DNA of 64,000 nucleotides from Candidatus Levyibacteriota bacterium (GCA_029260905.1 JAJDCH010000003.1:1553-65552), one strand, 5' to 3'. Numbered from the stretch's first letter, positions 1 to 10,689 are shown. The notes: generated from the letters alone by a model not told the origin. Numbers and translations: made by a program.

Positions 1-805
1 TTAATATTTCAAGGATTTGAAGAGCAAGTTGTGATGGGAGAGTGGGGAGAGATCTAATTTTTGATTTAGATTTTGCATGTTTTATAACAAAGCCAAGATC
101 AGATCTCCATGTATCAAATTTTTTGGCACCAATATTAAAAATCTCACCACTTGTTTTGACATTTAGTGCTTTTTCAACAGCCATAACAAGATCTGAAACT
201 GAAAGAAGTTGATATTTATTGTTTCCGTTTCCAAGAATAAATAGGCTATGATTTGAGAAAATTGCTTCAAACCAAAGCTCAAAAACACCAAGTCTTTCTA
301 TGCCAAGAAACGTTTTGGGACGAAGTATGTTTATTTCAAGCCCCTTTCTTTGATATTCAAGACAAAGTTTTTCTCCTTCCACCTTTGATATCCCATACCA
401 ACCAATTGGGTTGATCGGAGATGTTTCTTTTTCAGGTAAATGTTTGGGAACTCCATAAACTGCTGTGCTTGATATAAATACAAGTCTTTTAACTTTTTGT
501 TTGAGAGATTCATTTAGCACTGTTTTTGTACCATCTATGTTTACGCTGTAGATTGCTTTTTTTGAAACCTGAATGGGTAGAGCTGCAGCGGCATGAACTA
601 CAAAATCTTGGTTTTTGAGAAATTTTGAAAGAAGTTTGGCATTTCGAACATCTCCTTTTACAAATTTTACTTTCCCTATTAGATCTTTCGCATCAAGTCT
701 GCTTAAATCAAAAAGAGTAACTGCATAGTTCTTTTTAAGAAAGTGTCTTGCAAGGTGAACACCAAGAAATCCTGTTCCGCCTGTTATTAAAATCTTTTTT
801 TGCAC
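1..805 (-). CDS. NAD-dependent epimerase/dehydratase (SDR family). The 3' end runs off the window edge. The start is probably GTG at 803-805.
   Basis: The minus-strand translation begins VQKKILITGGTGFLGVHL (Rossmann GxxGxxG). It contains a YGISK (YxxxK) catalytic motif. The frame continues to position 2 without a stop. Confidence 0.75.
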   Translation of the reverse strand, partial: MQKKILITGGTGFLGVHLARHFLKKNYAVTLFDLSRLDAKDLIGKVKFVKGDVRNAKLLSKFLKNQDFVVHAAAALPIQVSKKAIYSVNIDGTKTVLNESLKQKVKRLVFISSTAVYGVPKHLPEKETSPINPIGWYGISKVEGEKLCLEYQRKGLEINILRPKTFLGIERLGVFELWFEAIFSNHSLFILGNGNNKYQLLSVSDLVMAVEKALNVKTSGEIFNIGAKKFDTWRSDLGFVIKHAKSKSKIRSLPTLPSQLALQILEIL

Positions 806-820
806 TAGGGTTATATTGTA

Positions 821-2503
821 CTATATGTTGGTTGTTTTTTTAAAGATCATAATTTTGGGATGATCAAAAACAGTAAAGTTTTCATCTGCTGACTGATCAT
901 TGATTTTAATGTTTAGAACAGGAACTGTTGGAAAGCTTACAAATTCTGCCACTTTTTCAAAGCCAAGGTTTTCTGAAAAAAGATCTTTATAATATTTTGC
1001 AGTTCTTGGATAGCATTTAAAGCTTGGAAGCTTGTCACATGCTGTTAGTTTTTGAAGAGGAACATAAAGTCTATTGGATGCAATTATTATGTAGTCAGTT
1101 TGTTCAAGGGTTTTATTAATTTCAATCCATTTCTCATCATTATCGTAATCATAAAGAGGAAGAGTAAAATTTTTATAACGTTGGCCATCAACAATAGGTA
1201 GTGTGTCGTCCCAATGTTCAGTTGCTATAGCTTTTCCTGCAGGAATGTTCTGAAGAACCCAATTGGTAGCTGTAATACGAGTATTTGCTTTGTTGTATAT
1301 TTGAATAAAGGATAAAGGCCAGATTAGAGAAGTAACAAGTAACAAGTAATAAGTAATAAGTTTAATGTTTGGTTTAATATTTTTGGTTAATTTATAGACG
1401 GCAAATCCAGCGAAGAGGCAAAACAGAGGGTAGAGTGGGATCATGTAACGCATGAACCCAACAGCAAATGATCCGATAACCAAAAAGTAAGGAATAAAAA
1501 AAGAGAATAGAATAATAATTTCATTGCTCCATTGCTCCAGTGTTTCATTATTGGTTTTTGTAAAAAAAGATTTGACAATAAAAATTATTCCCGCAAAAGA
1601 TAGAGTTGCGATAATGGGTCCAAGACCCCAAAGAAAAATATTTTTTAGTTCGTAAATATATGGAGTTTTTCCAACAAATTGAAGAGTGTATGGGAATATA
1701 AAGGGGTCTTTTGTCATTATAGACTGAAGAGTAGTCTGTTCCCAGAAGGTTTTAAAATCGATTAGAGCATAGGGCTCAAAAAGCACAAAAACAACAACTG
1801 CTAGTGGTAGGGATATCAAAGTATATTTAATAATTTTTTTAATTTTATTTTTTTTGTTATTTTTTAAAACAGAAAAAAGAATAGAGATCATTACAGGAAC
1901 TATCAAAATAAACGCACTTATTTTGGTTGCAAGTGCGGTGCCGAAAACAAGTCCAACAATAAGCGAGCTCTTGATATTTGGTTTTTCGTAAAAAACAATA
2001 AGCACATAAAGTGTCACAGTTATGAAAAAGGTAAGAAATGTGTCAACAGCGAAAAAATGGGAGAGTTGGATAGGAAGAACAGCTACTGCATAAAAAAATG
2101 ATCCAATCAGACCAGTTTGCTTGTTAAATATTTTTTTACCTATTTTAAAAAGAAAGACGATTGTCAGAAGATCTATGAATCCTGAGAGAAAACGACCAAC
2201 TATATTTATCTGATCATATGTTCCAAAAAGTGGATTCAGAACACTCATAATATTACCTGTAAAACGAAGTAGATAAAAAGGCATGCTTCCATAAGCAAAA
2301 AACTTTGGATTCCAGGGGCTCTCAGGAGAAAAAAATTCAGTAATGTTATCTGGAAAATTTAATTTATCTACAGCAATTACAATTGCCCTTTCATCTGGAT
2401 GCATATGAAAGCCACTGTCCCAGTTGATTCCATAGAATCTAAGAGCCCCCGCTAAAAAAAGGATACAAAATAATATTATTTTTGTTTTTAAAGTATCTTT
2501 CAT
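821..2503 (-). CDS. GT-C fold membrane glycosyltransferase (GT39/PMT_2-like), paralog 2.
   Basis: It is multi-pass hydrophobic with an FHMHPDERAIV motif in the first extracytoplasmic loop (the DE motif of ArnT/PMT-type GT-C enzymes). The listed ORF (821-2590) would overlap the upstream gene. The start was trimmed to the internal Met at 2503, which immediately follows the upstream stop at 2511. Confidence 0.7.
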   Translation of the reverse strand: MKDTLKTKIILFCILFLAGALRFYGINWDSGFHMHPDERAIVIAVDKLNFPDNITEFFSPESPWNPKFFAYGSMPFYLLRFTGNIMSVLNPLFGTYDQINIVGRFLSGFIDLLTIVFLFKIGKKIFNKQTGLIGSFFYAVAVLPIQLSHFFAVDTFLTFFITVTLYVLIVFYEKPNIKSSLIVGLVFGTALATKISAFILIVPVMISILFSVLKNNKKNKIKKIIKYTLISLPLAVVVFVLFEPYALIDFKTFWEQTTLQSIMTKDPFIFPYTLQFVGKTPYIYELKNIFLWGLGPIIATLSFAGIIFIVKSFFTKTNNETLEQWSNEIIILFSFFIPYFLVIGSFAVGFMRYMIPLYPLFCLFAGFAVYKLTKNIKPNIKLITYYLLLVTSLIWPLSFIQIYNKANTRITATNWVLQNIPAGKAIATEHWDDTLPIVDGQRYKNFTLPLYDYDNDEKWIEINKTLEQTDYIIIASNRLYVPLQKLTACDKLPSFKCYPRTAKYYKDLFSENLGFEKVAEFVSFPTVPVLNIKINDQSADENFTVFDHPKIMIFKKTTNI

Positions 2504-2510
2504 GCAATTT

Positions 2511-4115
2511 TCATTTTTTCTTAAATATAAACACTGTTGGTCTATCAAAAACACTAGCTGTTTCTTCAAAAGAAAAAATTGGATTTCCAAGATAGGTTAT
2601 CTTACAAAATATATCACATGGCGATTGATAAATTTTCTCAAATCTCAGATTTTCGTTTAAAAGGTTTTTGTAGAAGTCATGTCCCTCTGAAAACTTATCT
2701 GGATTAAGGATTCGTGAACGGATTAATCTCTGACTTGGAAGAATTATATAATTTGACGAAAAAGCTAAGTTGTAAAGTCTTTCTTTATTTGCATCCAATG
2801 AATTATTATCCAATTCGTAAAAATTAAAATAAGTTGTGTTTGAAAGATTATAAAAAGGCATTATTCCAAGATCATATGGCTCAGTTAAGGTTTTTGCATC
2901 AGAAGAAAGGTTTGTGCTTGCAAACTTTGCAGCTACTATTCTGGTATCTTGTTTTACAAAAGCCGTAATAAAATAGGAAACTGCAAACATAACAGAGGAT
3001 GTTAGTAAGAGACTAAATACTAAATACTTGATACTTAATACCTCTTTATATTTTTTGAGCAAGTCTGAGATTGCAATTGCGATTATTAAGTAGATAAAGG
3101 GCAGGGTTGGTATCATGTATCGTGTCCATTTGGCAAAAAGAAATGATTGAGGAATGAAGAGTAGTAGAAAACTGATAACTAATAATAAATAACTGATATT
3201 TTTTTTATTTATACCTGTTAGTAAAACATAAAAAAACGATGGGATAAATAAAATAGTGAGAACAGGGTTTATAAGAAAAGGAAATATTTTTGTAAACTGA
3301 AAAATTACAGGAATGGTATTGGTAAAAGTCTGAGTATAAAAAACAGGAAGTTCTCCTGTTACAAGACCCCTTTCATAAATAAGTGAGTTTAGAAAATTAT
3401 GACTTAGGTAATTCGGAGACAAAATTATTGTCAATGATACCAAAAGAAAAAAACCAGCGACAAGATGTGGCAATTTTTTTAAAAATAACTTTTTGCTTCT
3501 TATTGATTTTAAAATTAGAAAAAAAGGTATTGCATTTAAAATTAAAAGATTTATTTTAGCTGAAGCGTTAAGTGCTATGAAAAGAATTGAAAAATAAAAG
3601 TTTGATAAATGTTTTGTTTTGGTGAATTTCAAAATGAAGTAAAAAGATATGATTGAAAAGAATGCGACAGATCCGTCATATGTTCCGAAATGCGCCTGCT
3701 GGATAAATCCTGTTGAAAAAGTTGCAAGAAAAAGCGCAAGCAAGCCTGTTTTTTTTGAGAAGAATTTACCACTTAGATATATGATATAAAGTGTAGCAAC
3801 CGAAAAAGAAGCTGAAAAAAACCTTATGATGAATCCTGTTTGTGTAAAAGGGTCAACTATGTTCTGAATTTTTAGGAAGGGTAAAAATATTGGTTTTAAA
3901 ATTAGCGTTAATAATACAGGAAAATTTCCGTATGCAAATGTGCCCTGAAATAGTGATGCGGGATCAGATAAAGAAGCGCCAAGAATTAGAACTATGATAT
4001 TTCTTTCATCTGGGTGAAAGAAAAAGGGTGCACCCCAATTGAGATTGTAAAACCTCAAGAAGGAACCAAAAATTGTTAGCAGTAATAGGATTCTATTATT
4101 TTTAATAAAATTCAT
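2511..4115 (-). CDS. GT-C fold membrane glycosyltransferase (GT39/PMT_2-like), paralog 1.
   Basis: It has a FFHPDERNIIV motif after the first TM helix, about 12 predicted TM helices, and the same architecture as the downstream paralog. Confidence 0.7.
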   Translation of the reverse strand: MNFIKNNRILLLLTIFGSFLRFYNLNWGAPFFFHPDERNIIVLILGASLSDPASLFQGTFAYGNFPVLLTLILKPIFLPFLKIQNIVDPFTQTGFIIRFFSASFSVATLYIIYLSGKFFSKKTGLLALFLATFSTGFIQQAHFGTYDGSVAFFSIISFYFILKFTKTKHLSNFYFSILFIALNASAKINLLILNAIPFFLILKSIRSKKLFLKKLPHLVAGFFLLVSLTIILSPNYLSHNFLNSLIYERGLVTGELPVFYTQTFTNTIPVIFQFTKIFPFLINPVLTILFIPSFFYVLLTGINKKNISYLLLVISFLLLFIPQSFLFAKWTRYMIPTLPFIYLIIAIAISDLLKKYKEVLSIKYLVFSLLLTSSVMFAVSYFITAFVKQDTRIVAAKFASTNLSSDAKTLTEPYDLGIMPFYNLSNTTYFNFYELDNNSLDANKERLYNLAFSSNYIILPSQRLIRSRILNPDKFSEGHDFYKNLLNENLRFEKIYQSPCDIFCKITYLGNPIFSFEETASVFDRPTVFIFKKK

Positions 4116-4160
4116 AAATCAGATCAATTCTAAATTTTAAACTTATTTTTTATTACTTAA

Positions 4161-5447
4161 TTATGAATTCTGAATTAGCTTTGAGATTTTTTCTCCTAAT
4201 TCAACAGCATAGTTGGTTCCTCGGTCCCAGGGATAGACCTGCTGCATATTAGCAAGAAAAACATTTTTTATCGGTGTATTAAATGATGGAACCATTTTTG
4301 AATAATTAACAGGGATAATCGGCTGAGCAAATGGCACGCTGAATTTTTTGGTTGCAATTATACTATTCATGTAGTCTAGATTTAACTTTTTAAGAAAAGG
4401 ATCAAAAGTCTTTAATAGTTGATCTTCATTCATTAAAAAATATTTATGTTCTTTTGGTAGGTAATGACCCAGATAGACAAGATGCTCGTTGTTGTAGTGC
4501 TTGTTGTCTATAAAATTGGTGTGTTCTACAATTGCTAGAACTGGCGCTTTTGGGTCACAGATACTAAGCCAATATGTATTATCTTTGAAAAATTGTTTTT
4601 TGAGCCTAAGGACAAGTATAATTGCCCCGAGTCCCTTAAGTTGCATAAGTGAGCTTTTATATTTTTCTGGAAGTTGAGGGGCAAGCTTCAAAAACGTGAA
4701 TGATGGCAGGGTAACAATGACCTTGTCATAGTTTTTTATTTCTAATTTTAAATTTCCAATAGTTTTATATTTAATTTGAGGTTTAGTTGTTGAAGAAATG
4801 CTAAGCACATCAGTATTGAAATAAAACTTTCCGCCTTGTCTTTTTATTTCATTTGCTATAGTTTGTGCAAATTTGAGAAATCCTCCTTCAGGATAAGCAA
4901 GGCTTGTTGTTCTTTTGGCGATTCGCGCCCAAAACCATGCGAGAGATACGTTTTTTGCATACTTTCCAAATTTGCCTATCAGAAGAGGTTCCCAAAGTAT
5001 TTTGTATGCTTTTTTGCCAATTGTTTTTGATAAGAAATCTGTAGCAGTAAATTTTTCAAGCGGTTTCCAGAAGGGATTGAATTTAAGAAATGCCAAGACA
5101 AGACCCATTTGTAGACGCTGGAGAAAAGATATTTTTTTAAATTTAAGAAGAGTTGCTGGGGAATCAAGTTCATAGATTTTGCCATCAATATATGAATTTG
5201 TTTTGGGTCTTTTGATAAGCACGGGATAGTCTAGCTCTTTAGCAAGGCCTAGGATTGCCTTGTCGTTGGTAAACCAGTGGTGGTAAAATGATTCGAAAGT
5301 CCACTTCCATCCCTTTTCCTGATAGCCGACTGCTAATCCTCCAGGATTTGCATCTTTTTCAAAAATAGTAACATTGTGTCCCTTTTGGGTAAGTCTTAAC
5401 GCAGCGGTAAGTCCTGTAAATCCTGCGCCAACAATTGCAATTTCCAT
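4161..5447 (-). CDS. FAD-dependent oxidoreductase (amine oxidase / protoporphyrinogen oxidase / phytoene desaturase-like).
   Basis: The N-terminus reads IAIVGAGFTGLTAALRL...IFEKDANPGG (a dinucleotide-binding fold), and the C-terminus carries a GTNYAVELGEKI-type motif. The protein is 428 aa. Confidence 0.65.
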   Translation of the reverse strand: MEIAIVGAGFTGLTAALRLTQKGHNVTIFEKDANPGGLAVGYQEKGWKWTFESFYHHWFTNDKAILGLAKELDYPVLIKRPKTNSYIDGKIYELDSPATLLKFKKISFLQRLQMGLVLAFLKFNPFWKPLEKFTATDFLSKTIGKKAYKILWEPLLIGKFGKYAKNVSLAWFWARIAKRTTSLAYPEGGFLKFAQTIANEIKRQGGKFYFNTDVLSISSTTKPQIKYKTIGNLKLEIKNYDKVIVTLPSFTFLKLAPQLPEKYKSSLMQLKGLGAIILVLRLKKQFFKDNTYWLSICDPKAPVLAIVEHTNFIDNKHYNNEHLVYLGHYLPKEHKYFLMNEDQLLKTFDPFLKKLNLDYMNSIIATKKFSVPFAQPIIPVNYSKMVPSFNTPIKNVFLANMQQVYPWDRGTNYAVELGEKISKLIQNS

Positions 5448-5461
5448 ATTTATAATCTATA

Positions 5462-6847
5462 TCAAAGGAGGAAGAAAAGTATACCACCAATAATAACAGT
5501 AAGTATAATTCCAAATGCGCCAGCCAATGCTGTAGGGTTTCCGCTTGCCGGAATTGTGGGTTGAGCAATTATACCAGATGGTACTGGGCTTATTTGATGA
5601 GGTTCGGTCGGACTTGGTACTTCAGTGATAATTTGGGTAGGGTTTGGGCTTGGTGAACCTGTTGGACTTAGATCAGGCGTCGGACTTGGTACTTCAGTTG
5701 GTGTTTGTATGGGTGATGGCGTTAGAGCTGTTTCTGTAAATTGACTTCCTGATGCAGATACAATAAATGAACGAGATATTGTTTGTGTTTCTCCGTTTGC
5801 ATTTGGAGCTGTAACCGTAATGTCATGTTCGCCTGGTTCAAGTGGTTTGTCAGGTCTATAAACCCAAGATCCGTTTTCATCTGCTGTTACAGTTGTATTT
5901 ATGGGATCTGATTCAATTGTTATTTCAACTGTTGAGTTTGGTGCAGCTGTTCCTCTAAATTGTGGTTGTTGGTCGTTAAATTTCTCGTCTGATTCTGGAG
6001 TAAGAATTGCTACCTCTGTTGCGGGTTCAATATCAACTTGTGGAAAATTAGCCGACTGACTAGCTGTTTCCTCATTGGTTAATGGCTGGTCGCTTTTGAC
6101 GAAATTATAATTTTTGGAAAGAATTACAGGAGGGATTGGATTTGCTTTTCCTGCAAGAAATGAAACAAAAGATTTTTTGGTGGAATCGATTATTTCCATA
6201 TTTACAACAGTATCATCAGTTAGCGGTACGTCTTGAGCAAGATTAGCTGTAAGAAGTGGTGATAAATCAAGCGAATAATTTCCTCCAGTTGTCACAAGAG
6301 TTGAAAGGATTTGAGATGATTGGGTTTTGACATAAACAATACCCTCAATTGGTGTTGTCCCATCTTCAAATGCAATCTTTCCCTCAACAGACCTTGGTGT
6401 TAAGGGCTTTGTTGAGTTTTCAGGAGCAGTTGTTACCTCGTATGGTACAGAGTTATTATCATACTCCGAGTCGCCTGAAAGAATTTTAAAGTAAAAATTT
6501 GCCTGTGGTGTTAAACCAGGGACAGTAATGTAGTGGACGCGGTAATCGCTTGGTTTGTTTGAGTTTTTATCTCTGTTATCAAGTATTACAGTTCCAAGCT
6601 CAGGTGATGTTCCATAGTTAAGGGCTGCAGGAATTTGATCATCAGTAATATATGAGACAGTGAATGAATCTTCTTTAATGTTGGTTATTCTTACATCTTT
6701 TGGTACGCTACTGACTGCAGCTCGAGTTCCAAATAGAATTGCATTTCCTGAAAGCCATCCAATTGTCACAAGAGAAATCAAAAGGACTATAAATCCAAAA
6801 GGCTTGGGAAGTTTCTTGTTTAAAAATTTATTTTTAAAGTTATTCAT
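5462..6847 (-). CDS. Membrane-anchored surface protein with beta-sandwich (FN3/Ig-like) regions and a Pro/Thr/Ser-rich stalk.
   Basis: It has an N-terminal TM segment. A low-complexity tract with a repeated TEVPSPT unit precedes a C-terminal hydrophobic anchor (ALAGAFGIILTVIIGGILFFLL). Confidence 0.5.
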   Translation of the reverse strand: MNNFKNKFLNKKLPKPFGFIVLLISLVTIGWLSGNAILFGTRAAVSSVPKDVRITNIKEDSFTVSYITDDQIPAALNYGTSPELGTVILDNRDKNSNKPSDYRVHYITVPGLTPQANFYFKILSGDSEYDNNSVPYEVTTAPENSTKPLTPRSVEGKIAFEDGTTPIEGIVYVKTQSSQILSTLVTTGGNYSLDLSPLLTANLAQDVPLTDDTVVNMEIIDSTKKSFVSFLAGKANPIPPVILSKNYNFVKSDQPLTNEETASQSANFPQVDIEPATEVAILTPESDEKFNDQQPQFRGTAAPNSTVEITIESDPINTTVTADENGSWVYRPDKPLEPGEHDITVTAPNANGETQTISRSFIVSASGSQFTETALTPSPIQTPTEVPSPTPDLSPTGSPSPNPTQIITEVPSPTEPHQISPVPSGIIAQPTIPASGNPTALAGAFGIILTVIIGGILFFLL

Positions 6848-7170
6848 TATTCTCCTTCTAGGCTCTCAACCCTTATTAACTCTCCGCTTTGATTCCCTGT
6901 AATAGGTGTTTGTAAAGAAGCAGAAGGGGATGAAGATTCTGATTGCTGCAAAGTAAATATAGGTTCGATTTGCTGGCGTGATTTAATTTTTTGAATTTCA
7001 TTAATGTCAAAACTTGGGTCAATTGGTTCAATCTGGATTTGTAGATCGGGTTCAATTGTTGACGTTGCAATTGTGTGGAAGATATTAAAAGAAACCCAGG
7101 CAATCGTAAGAACAGCTGATGAGATTGCTAGATATAAAATATCTTTTTGAATTCTGTTTTTCTTTTTCAT
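6847..7170 (-). CDS. Small membrane protein (possible pilus-assembly accessory).
   Basis: The ORF is 107 aa with an N-terminal TM. It is translationally coupled between pilO and the surface protein. Confidence 0.35.
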   Translation of the reverse strand: MKKKNRIQKDILYLAISSAVLTIAWVSFNIFHTIATSTIEPDLQIQIEPIDPSFDINEIQKIKSRQQIEPIFTLQQSESSSPSASLQTPITGNQSGELIRVESLEGE

Positions 7171-7784
7171 TTCTTAAAAAAACTCCTTGCTCTTAGACTC
7201 ATGCTCAAATCATCAGATTCCTGGCTTTTGGTAATTGAAATTGACTCGATAACAACCAAACGATTGAAATCAGCCAATGAGTTTGTGAATCCAACAAGAT
7301 TGTCATATGTTCCATCAGCAACAATAAAAACAGTAAACGATGCATCATCGTTTGCTGGTTCTGATCTTGCTAACTCCACTTCTGATACTTGGATAGAGCT
7401 TTGTTCCAAGCCGTGTTTTTCAATAAGAGCCTGAATCTGACCTGTTAAAGTTGGTACCTCAGGATTGTTGGGAATTGCAGACATAACATAAGGTAAATCA
7501 TTTTCTATTTCAAGATATTGTCTTGAAAGTGATCCCAGATTTTCTGTTTTTTCATCTAGTTTAGTTTTTACAAAAACTGCGTCATCATGTTGTCTTCTGA
7601 GATCAAATATGGTTGTGAGTGTTGGGTTTATCGCAAATATTCCAAAGAATGATATCGCAAAAAAAGTAAAAATAAGAGCAATAAAAATTCTAGATCTGTC
7701 TGACTCTATCTTTGGAAGAATTTTGAGATACGCTTTATAGCGTTTGGCGCTTATATTTTCAAAATAGTTTTTGGGTAGTTTCAT
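7167..7784 (-). CDS. pilO: Type IV pilus assembly protein PilO-like.
   Basis: It has an N-terminal TM, a coiled-coil and then a periplasmic domain. It lies immediately downstream of a PilN-like gene with a 3 nt gap. Confidence 0.5.
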   Translation of the reverse strand: MKLPKNYFENISAKRYKAYLKILPKIESDRSRIFIALIFTFFAISFFGIFAINPTLTTIFDLRRQHDDAVFVKTKLDEKTENLGSLSRQYLEIENDLPYVMSAIPNNPEVPTLTGQIQALIEKHGLEQSSIQVSEVELARSEPANDDASFTVFIVADGTYDNLVGFTNSLADFNRLVVIESISITKSQESDDLSMSLRARSFFKK

Positions 7785-7786
7785 AA

Positions 7787-8323
7787 TTATTTTTTTATCT
7801 GTCCTATGATACTCATATTTATTAATCCTTTTGATGTTTTGTTTTCAACACTACTTATTGATATAGCTGTTATATTATCAATTCTTTTTAAATCTTCAAC
7901 GAAAGTATTTAGCGCATTTGATGATTGTCCCTGAACCTCAAGTGTAAATGTAGATCCCGATGCAGCAATATTAACAAATGTAACACGGTTTTTACCAAGG
8001 TCGATAATTTTGATTATGATATCTGATATTTTTGATTTATTTTCATCTTCCCCGCTTGCAATAGACAGTCTTTCCTGAAGGTTTCTGTATTTTTTTTCGT
8101 TGTCTTCAAAGCTTTTTAGGAAGAAGCTCTGATTTTTAATCTCATCATGTAGATCAACAATTTTCATATCAATTGTAAATCTGTATATGAAAACGGAAAG
8201 AGCAAGTGTTTGAGTGATAATAATAAGAAGCCGACCGACCGTAAGTGCCCAATTTAGAAATTGGTTGAGAAGCCCACCATCCTTTTTGGGAATAAGATTG
8301 ATAGAATTCATGCTCTTCTCCAT
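7787..8323 (-). CDS. pilN: Type IV pilus assembly protein PilN-like.
   Basis: It has an N-terminal SINLIPKK motif (the PilN INLLP signature) followed by a TM helix. Confidence 0.55.
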   Translation of the reverse strand: MEKSMNSINLIPKKDGGLLNQFLNWALTVGRLLIIITQTLALSVFIYRFTIDMKIVDLHDEIKNQSFFLKSFEDNEKKYRNLQERLSIASGEDENKSKISDIIIKIIDLGKNRVTFVNIAASGSTFTLEVQGQSSNALNTFVEDLKRIDNITAISISSVENKTSKGLINMSIIGQIKK

Positions 8324-8417
8324 AGAATTAAAGACGCTTAATAAGCGACTAATTTTAGTCTATGCAAAGGAGAGCAAAAAGTCAAAGAAATTCGTTCTGG
8401 AAAATTGGAGAGATTTG

Positions 8418-8426
8418 TGCTATACT
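8418..8426 (+). promoter_or_regulatory. Putative extended -10 promoter element (TGcTATACT) upstream of fusA.
   Basis: A TG-n-TATACT sequence lies about 47 nt upstream of the fusA ATG. A hairpin (CTCAAAGCTGA-tacaa-TCAGTTTTGAG) sits in the 5' UTR. Confidence 0.3.
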
Positions 8427-8472
8427 TTCTTTGATCTCAAAGCTGATACAATCAGTTTTGAGCTTTTATTTT

Positions 8473-10602
8473 ATGGCTGATCAAGTTTCAAGAAACCTAC
8501 CACTAGACAGAATCCGCAATATCGGAATAATCGCGCATATTGATGCGGGTAAAACAACCACCACAGAGCGTATTCTTTTTTATACAGGAAAGACATATAA
8601 GATTGGTGATATTGATGAGGGAAATACACAGATGGACTGGATGGAGCAGGAGAAAGAGCGTGGTATTACTATTGTTTCTGCTGCTACAACAGCGTTTTGG
8701 ACTCATTCACAAAACCCAAATGATCCTTACAGAATAAACATTATTGATACACCAGGTCACGTTGACTTTACAGCAGAGGTTGAGCGTTCACTCAGGGTTT
8801 TGGATGGAGGAATTACTGTTCTTGATGCAGAAGAGGGGGTTCAATCACAATCTGAGACTGTTTGGAGACAAGCAGACAAATATAAGGTGCCAAGACTGTG
8901 TTTTGTTAATAAGATGGATAAACTTGGCGCAGATTTTCTATATACAGTTAGTACAATTGTTGATAGGCTTGGTGCAAATCCTGCGATTATGGTTCTTCCA
9001 ATTGGTGCCGAAAATTCTTATGTAGGAAATGTTGATCTTCTGACAAGAAAGTCATATGTCTGGGGTGGGGACGGACTGGGCGCAAAATATGAGGTTAAAG
9101 ATGAAGTTCCAGAAGACATGAAAGAAAAGGTTGAGGAGCATAGATCCAAATTGATTGAAAAAATTGCAGAAACAGATGACGTACTTCTTGAAAAATATCT
9201 TGGTGGTGAAGAGCCAACAGTTGATGAGCTTAAGAAAGCGCTTCGAGCAGCGGTTATCGCATATAAATTGGTTCCAATTTACGCAGGGACATCACTTCGA
9301 AACAAAGGTGTTCAGCCTCTTCTTGATGCTGTAGTTGATTATCTTCCATCTCCTGATGACCTGGAAGAGGTTAAAGGCAAAAATCCAAAAACAGATGTAG
9401 AAGAGAAGCGAAAACTGGTAACTGATGAAGCATTTTCTGGTCTTGCATTTAAGATTCAAAATGATCCGCACGTTGGAAAACTTGCTTATTTTAGGGTTTA
9501 TTCAGGAATACTCCAGTCAGGTTCATATATTTACAATAGTTCAAAGGACAAAAAGGAACGTGTGGGACGTATTTTGCTTATGCATGCCAATACTCGCGAA
9601 GAGGTAAAAGAGGCATACGCCGGTGAAATTGTTGCAATAGTTGGTCTTAAAGAAACTGTAACAGGAGACACGCTTTGTGATGAAGCAAAGCCAATTATTC
9701 TTGAGAAGATTACATTTCCTGAACCAGTTATTTCTCTTGCTATTGAACCAAAAACAAAATCAGATCAGGAAAAGCTTGGTTTTTCACTTAAGCGCTTGAT
9801 GGAAGAAGACCCGACATTTGTTGTTAAGACCAATCATGAAACAAATCAGACAATAATATCAGGTATTGGTGAATTGCAGCTTGAGATCATGGTTGATCGT
9901 ATGAAAAGGGAATTTAATGTCGAGGCCAATGTGGGAGCACCGCAAGTTGCATACAAAGAATCAATCAGCAAGATGGCTGAGGCAGAAGGAAAATATATCA
10001 AACAGTCAGGTGGTCGTGGTCAGTATGGTCATTGTTATCTTAGGGTTGAGCCAAAACCAAGGGGTGAGGGTTATGAGTTTGTCGATGCGATAAAAGGTGG
10101 TTCGATTCCGGCTGAGTTTATCAAAGCTGTTGAGAAGGGGGTTAAGGAAACTCTTGATAATGGAGTGCTTCTAGGATATCCAATGGTTGATGTAAAAGTT
10201 ACTTGTTATGACGGTTCATATCATGATGTTGACTCAAGCGAGGTTGCATTCAAAATCGCTGCATCTCAAGCTGTGCAGGCGGGCACCAAAAAAGCTGGCA
10301 TATCAGTTCTGGAGCCAATTATGAAGGTAGAGGTCACGACTCCATCTGAGTATATGGGTGAAGTAATGGGCGATCTATCATCAAAAAGAGCGCAAATCAT
10401 GGGATCTGAAGAGAGAAACAAAGCAACTATCATTCTTGCTCAAGTTCCTCTTTCTGAACTCTCAGGATATGCAACTCAAATCCGTTCACTGACACAGGGC
10501 AGAGCGCACTACTACATGGAACCAAGTCACTATGAAGAAGTGCCGAGAAACATCATTGAACAAATGGTCTCCAAATCTACATTCACAGGAAGAGTCGAGT
10601 AG
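8473..10602 (+). CDS. fusA: Elongation factor G.
   Basis: The sequence reads [39 protein letters not shown] with the full set of EF-G domains. The upstream part of the listed ORF (8362-) is a spurious extension. Confidence 0.97.
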   Translation: MADQVSRNLPLDRIRNIGIIAHIDAGKTTTTERILFYTGKTYKIGDIDEGNTQMDWMEQEKERGITIVSAATTAFWTHSQNPNDPYRINIIDTPGHVDFTAEVERSLRVLDGGITVLDAEEGVQSQSETVWRQADKYKVPRLCFVNKMDKLGADFLYTVSTIVDRLGANPAIMVLPIGAENSYVGNVDLLTRKSYVWGGDGLGAKYEVKDEVPEDMKEKVEEHRSKLIEKIAETDDVLLEKYLGGEEPTVDELKKALRAAVIAYKLVPIYAGTSLRNKGVQPLLDAVVDYLPSPDDLEEVKGKNPKTDVEEKRKLVTDEAFSGLAFKIQNDPHVGKLAYFRVYSGILQSGSYIYNSSKDKKERVGRILLMHANTREEVKEAYAGEIVAIVGLKETVTGDTLCDEAKPIILEKITFPEPVISLAIEPKTKSDQEKLGFSLKRLMEEDPTFVVKTNHETNQTIISGIGELQLEIMVDRMKREFNVEANVGAPQVAYKESISKMAEAEGKYIKQSGGRGQYGHCYLRVEPKPRGEGYEFVDAIKGGSIPAEFIKAVEKGVKETLDNGVLLGYPMVDVKVTCYDGSYHDVDSSEVAFKIAASQAVQAGTKKAGISVLEPIMKVEVTTPSEYMGEVMGDLSSKRAQIMGSEERNKATIILAQVPLSELSGYATQIRSLTQGRAHYYMEPSHYEEVPRNIIEQMVSKSTFTGRVE

Positions 10603-10689
10603 GCTGGTTCTTATAATAGGTTATGAATGAAAGAATAGGCAAGCAGCAGATATTTGCAAAAGAAAAAGTTGCACAAATGCCCCCTATCT

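Noticed and set aside
1321-1370. Tandem AAGTAAC heptamer repeats.
   Set aside because: They lie inside the GT39-like CDS, encoding LLVTSL-type hydrophobic residues. This is coding low-complexity, not a regulatory array.
4836-5188. Plus-strand ORFs 4836-5030 and 4915-5175 and minus ORF 4979-5188.
   Set aside because: They are embedded within the well-supported 428 aa flavoprotein gene, and they have no motifs.
8362-8472. N-terminal 37 codons of the listed fusA ORF.
   Set aside because: The EF-G family begins at MADQVS (8473). The upstream part overlaps the promoter and hairpin region and has no homology.
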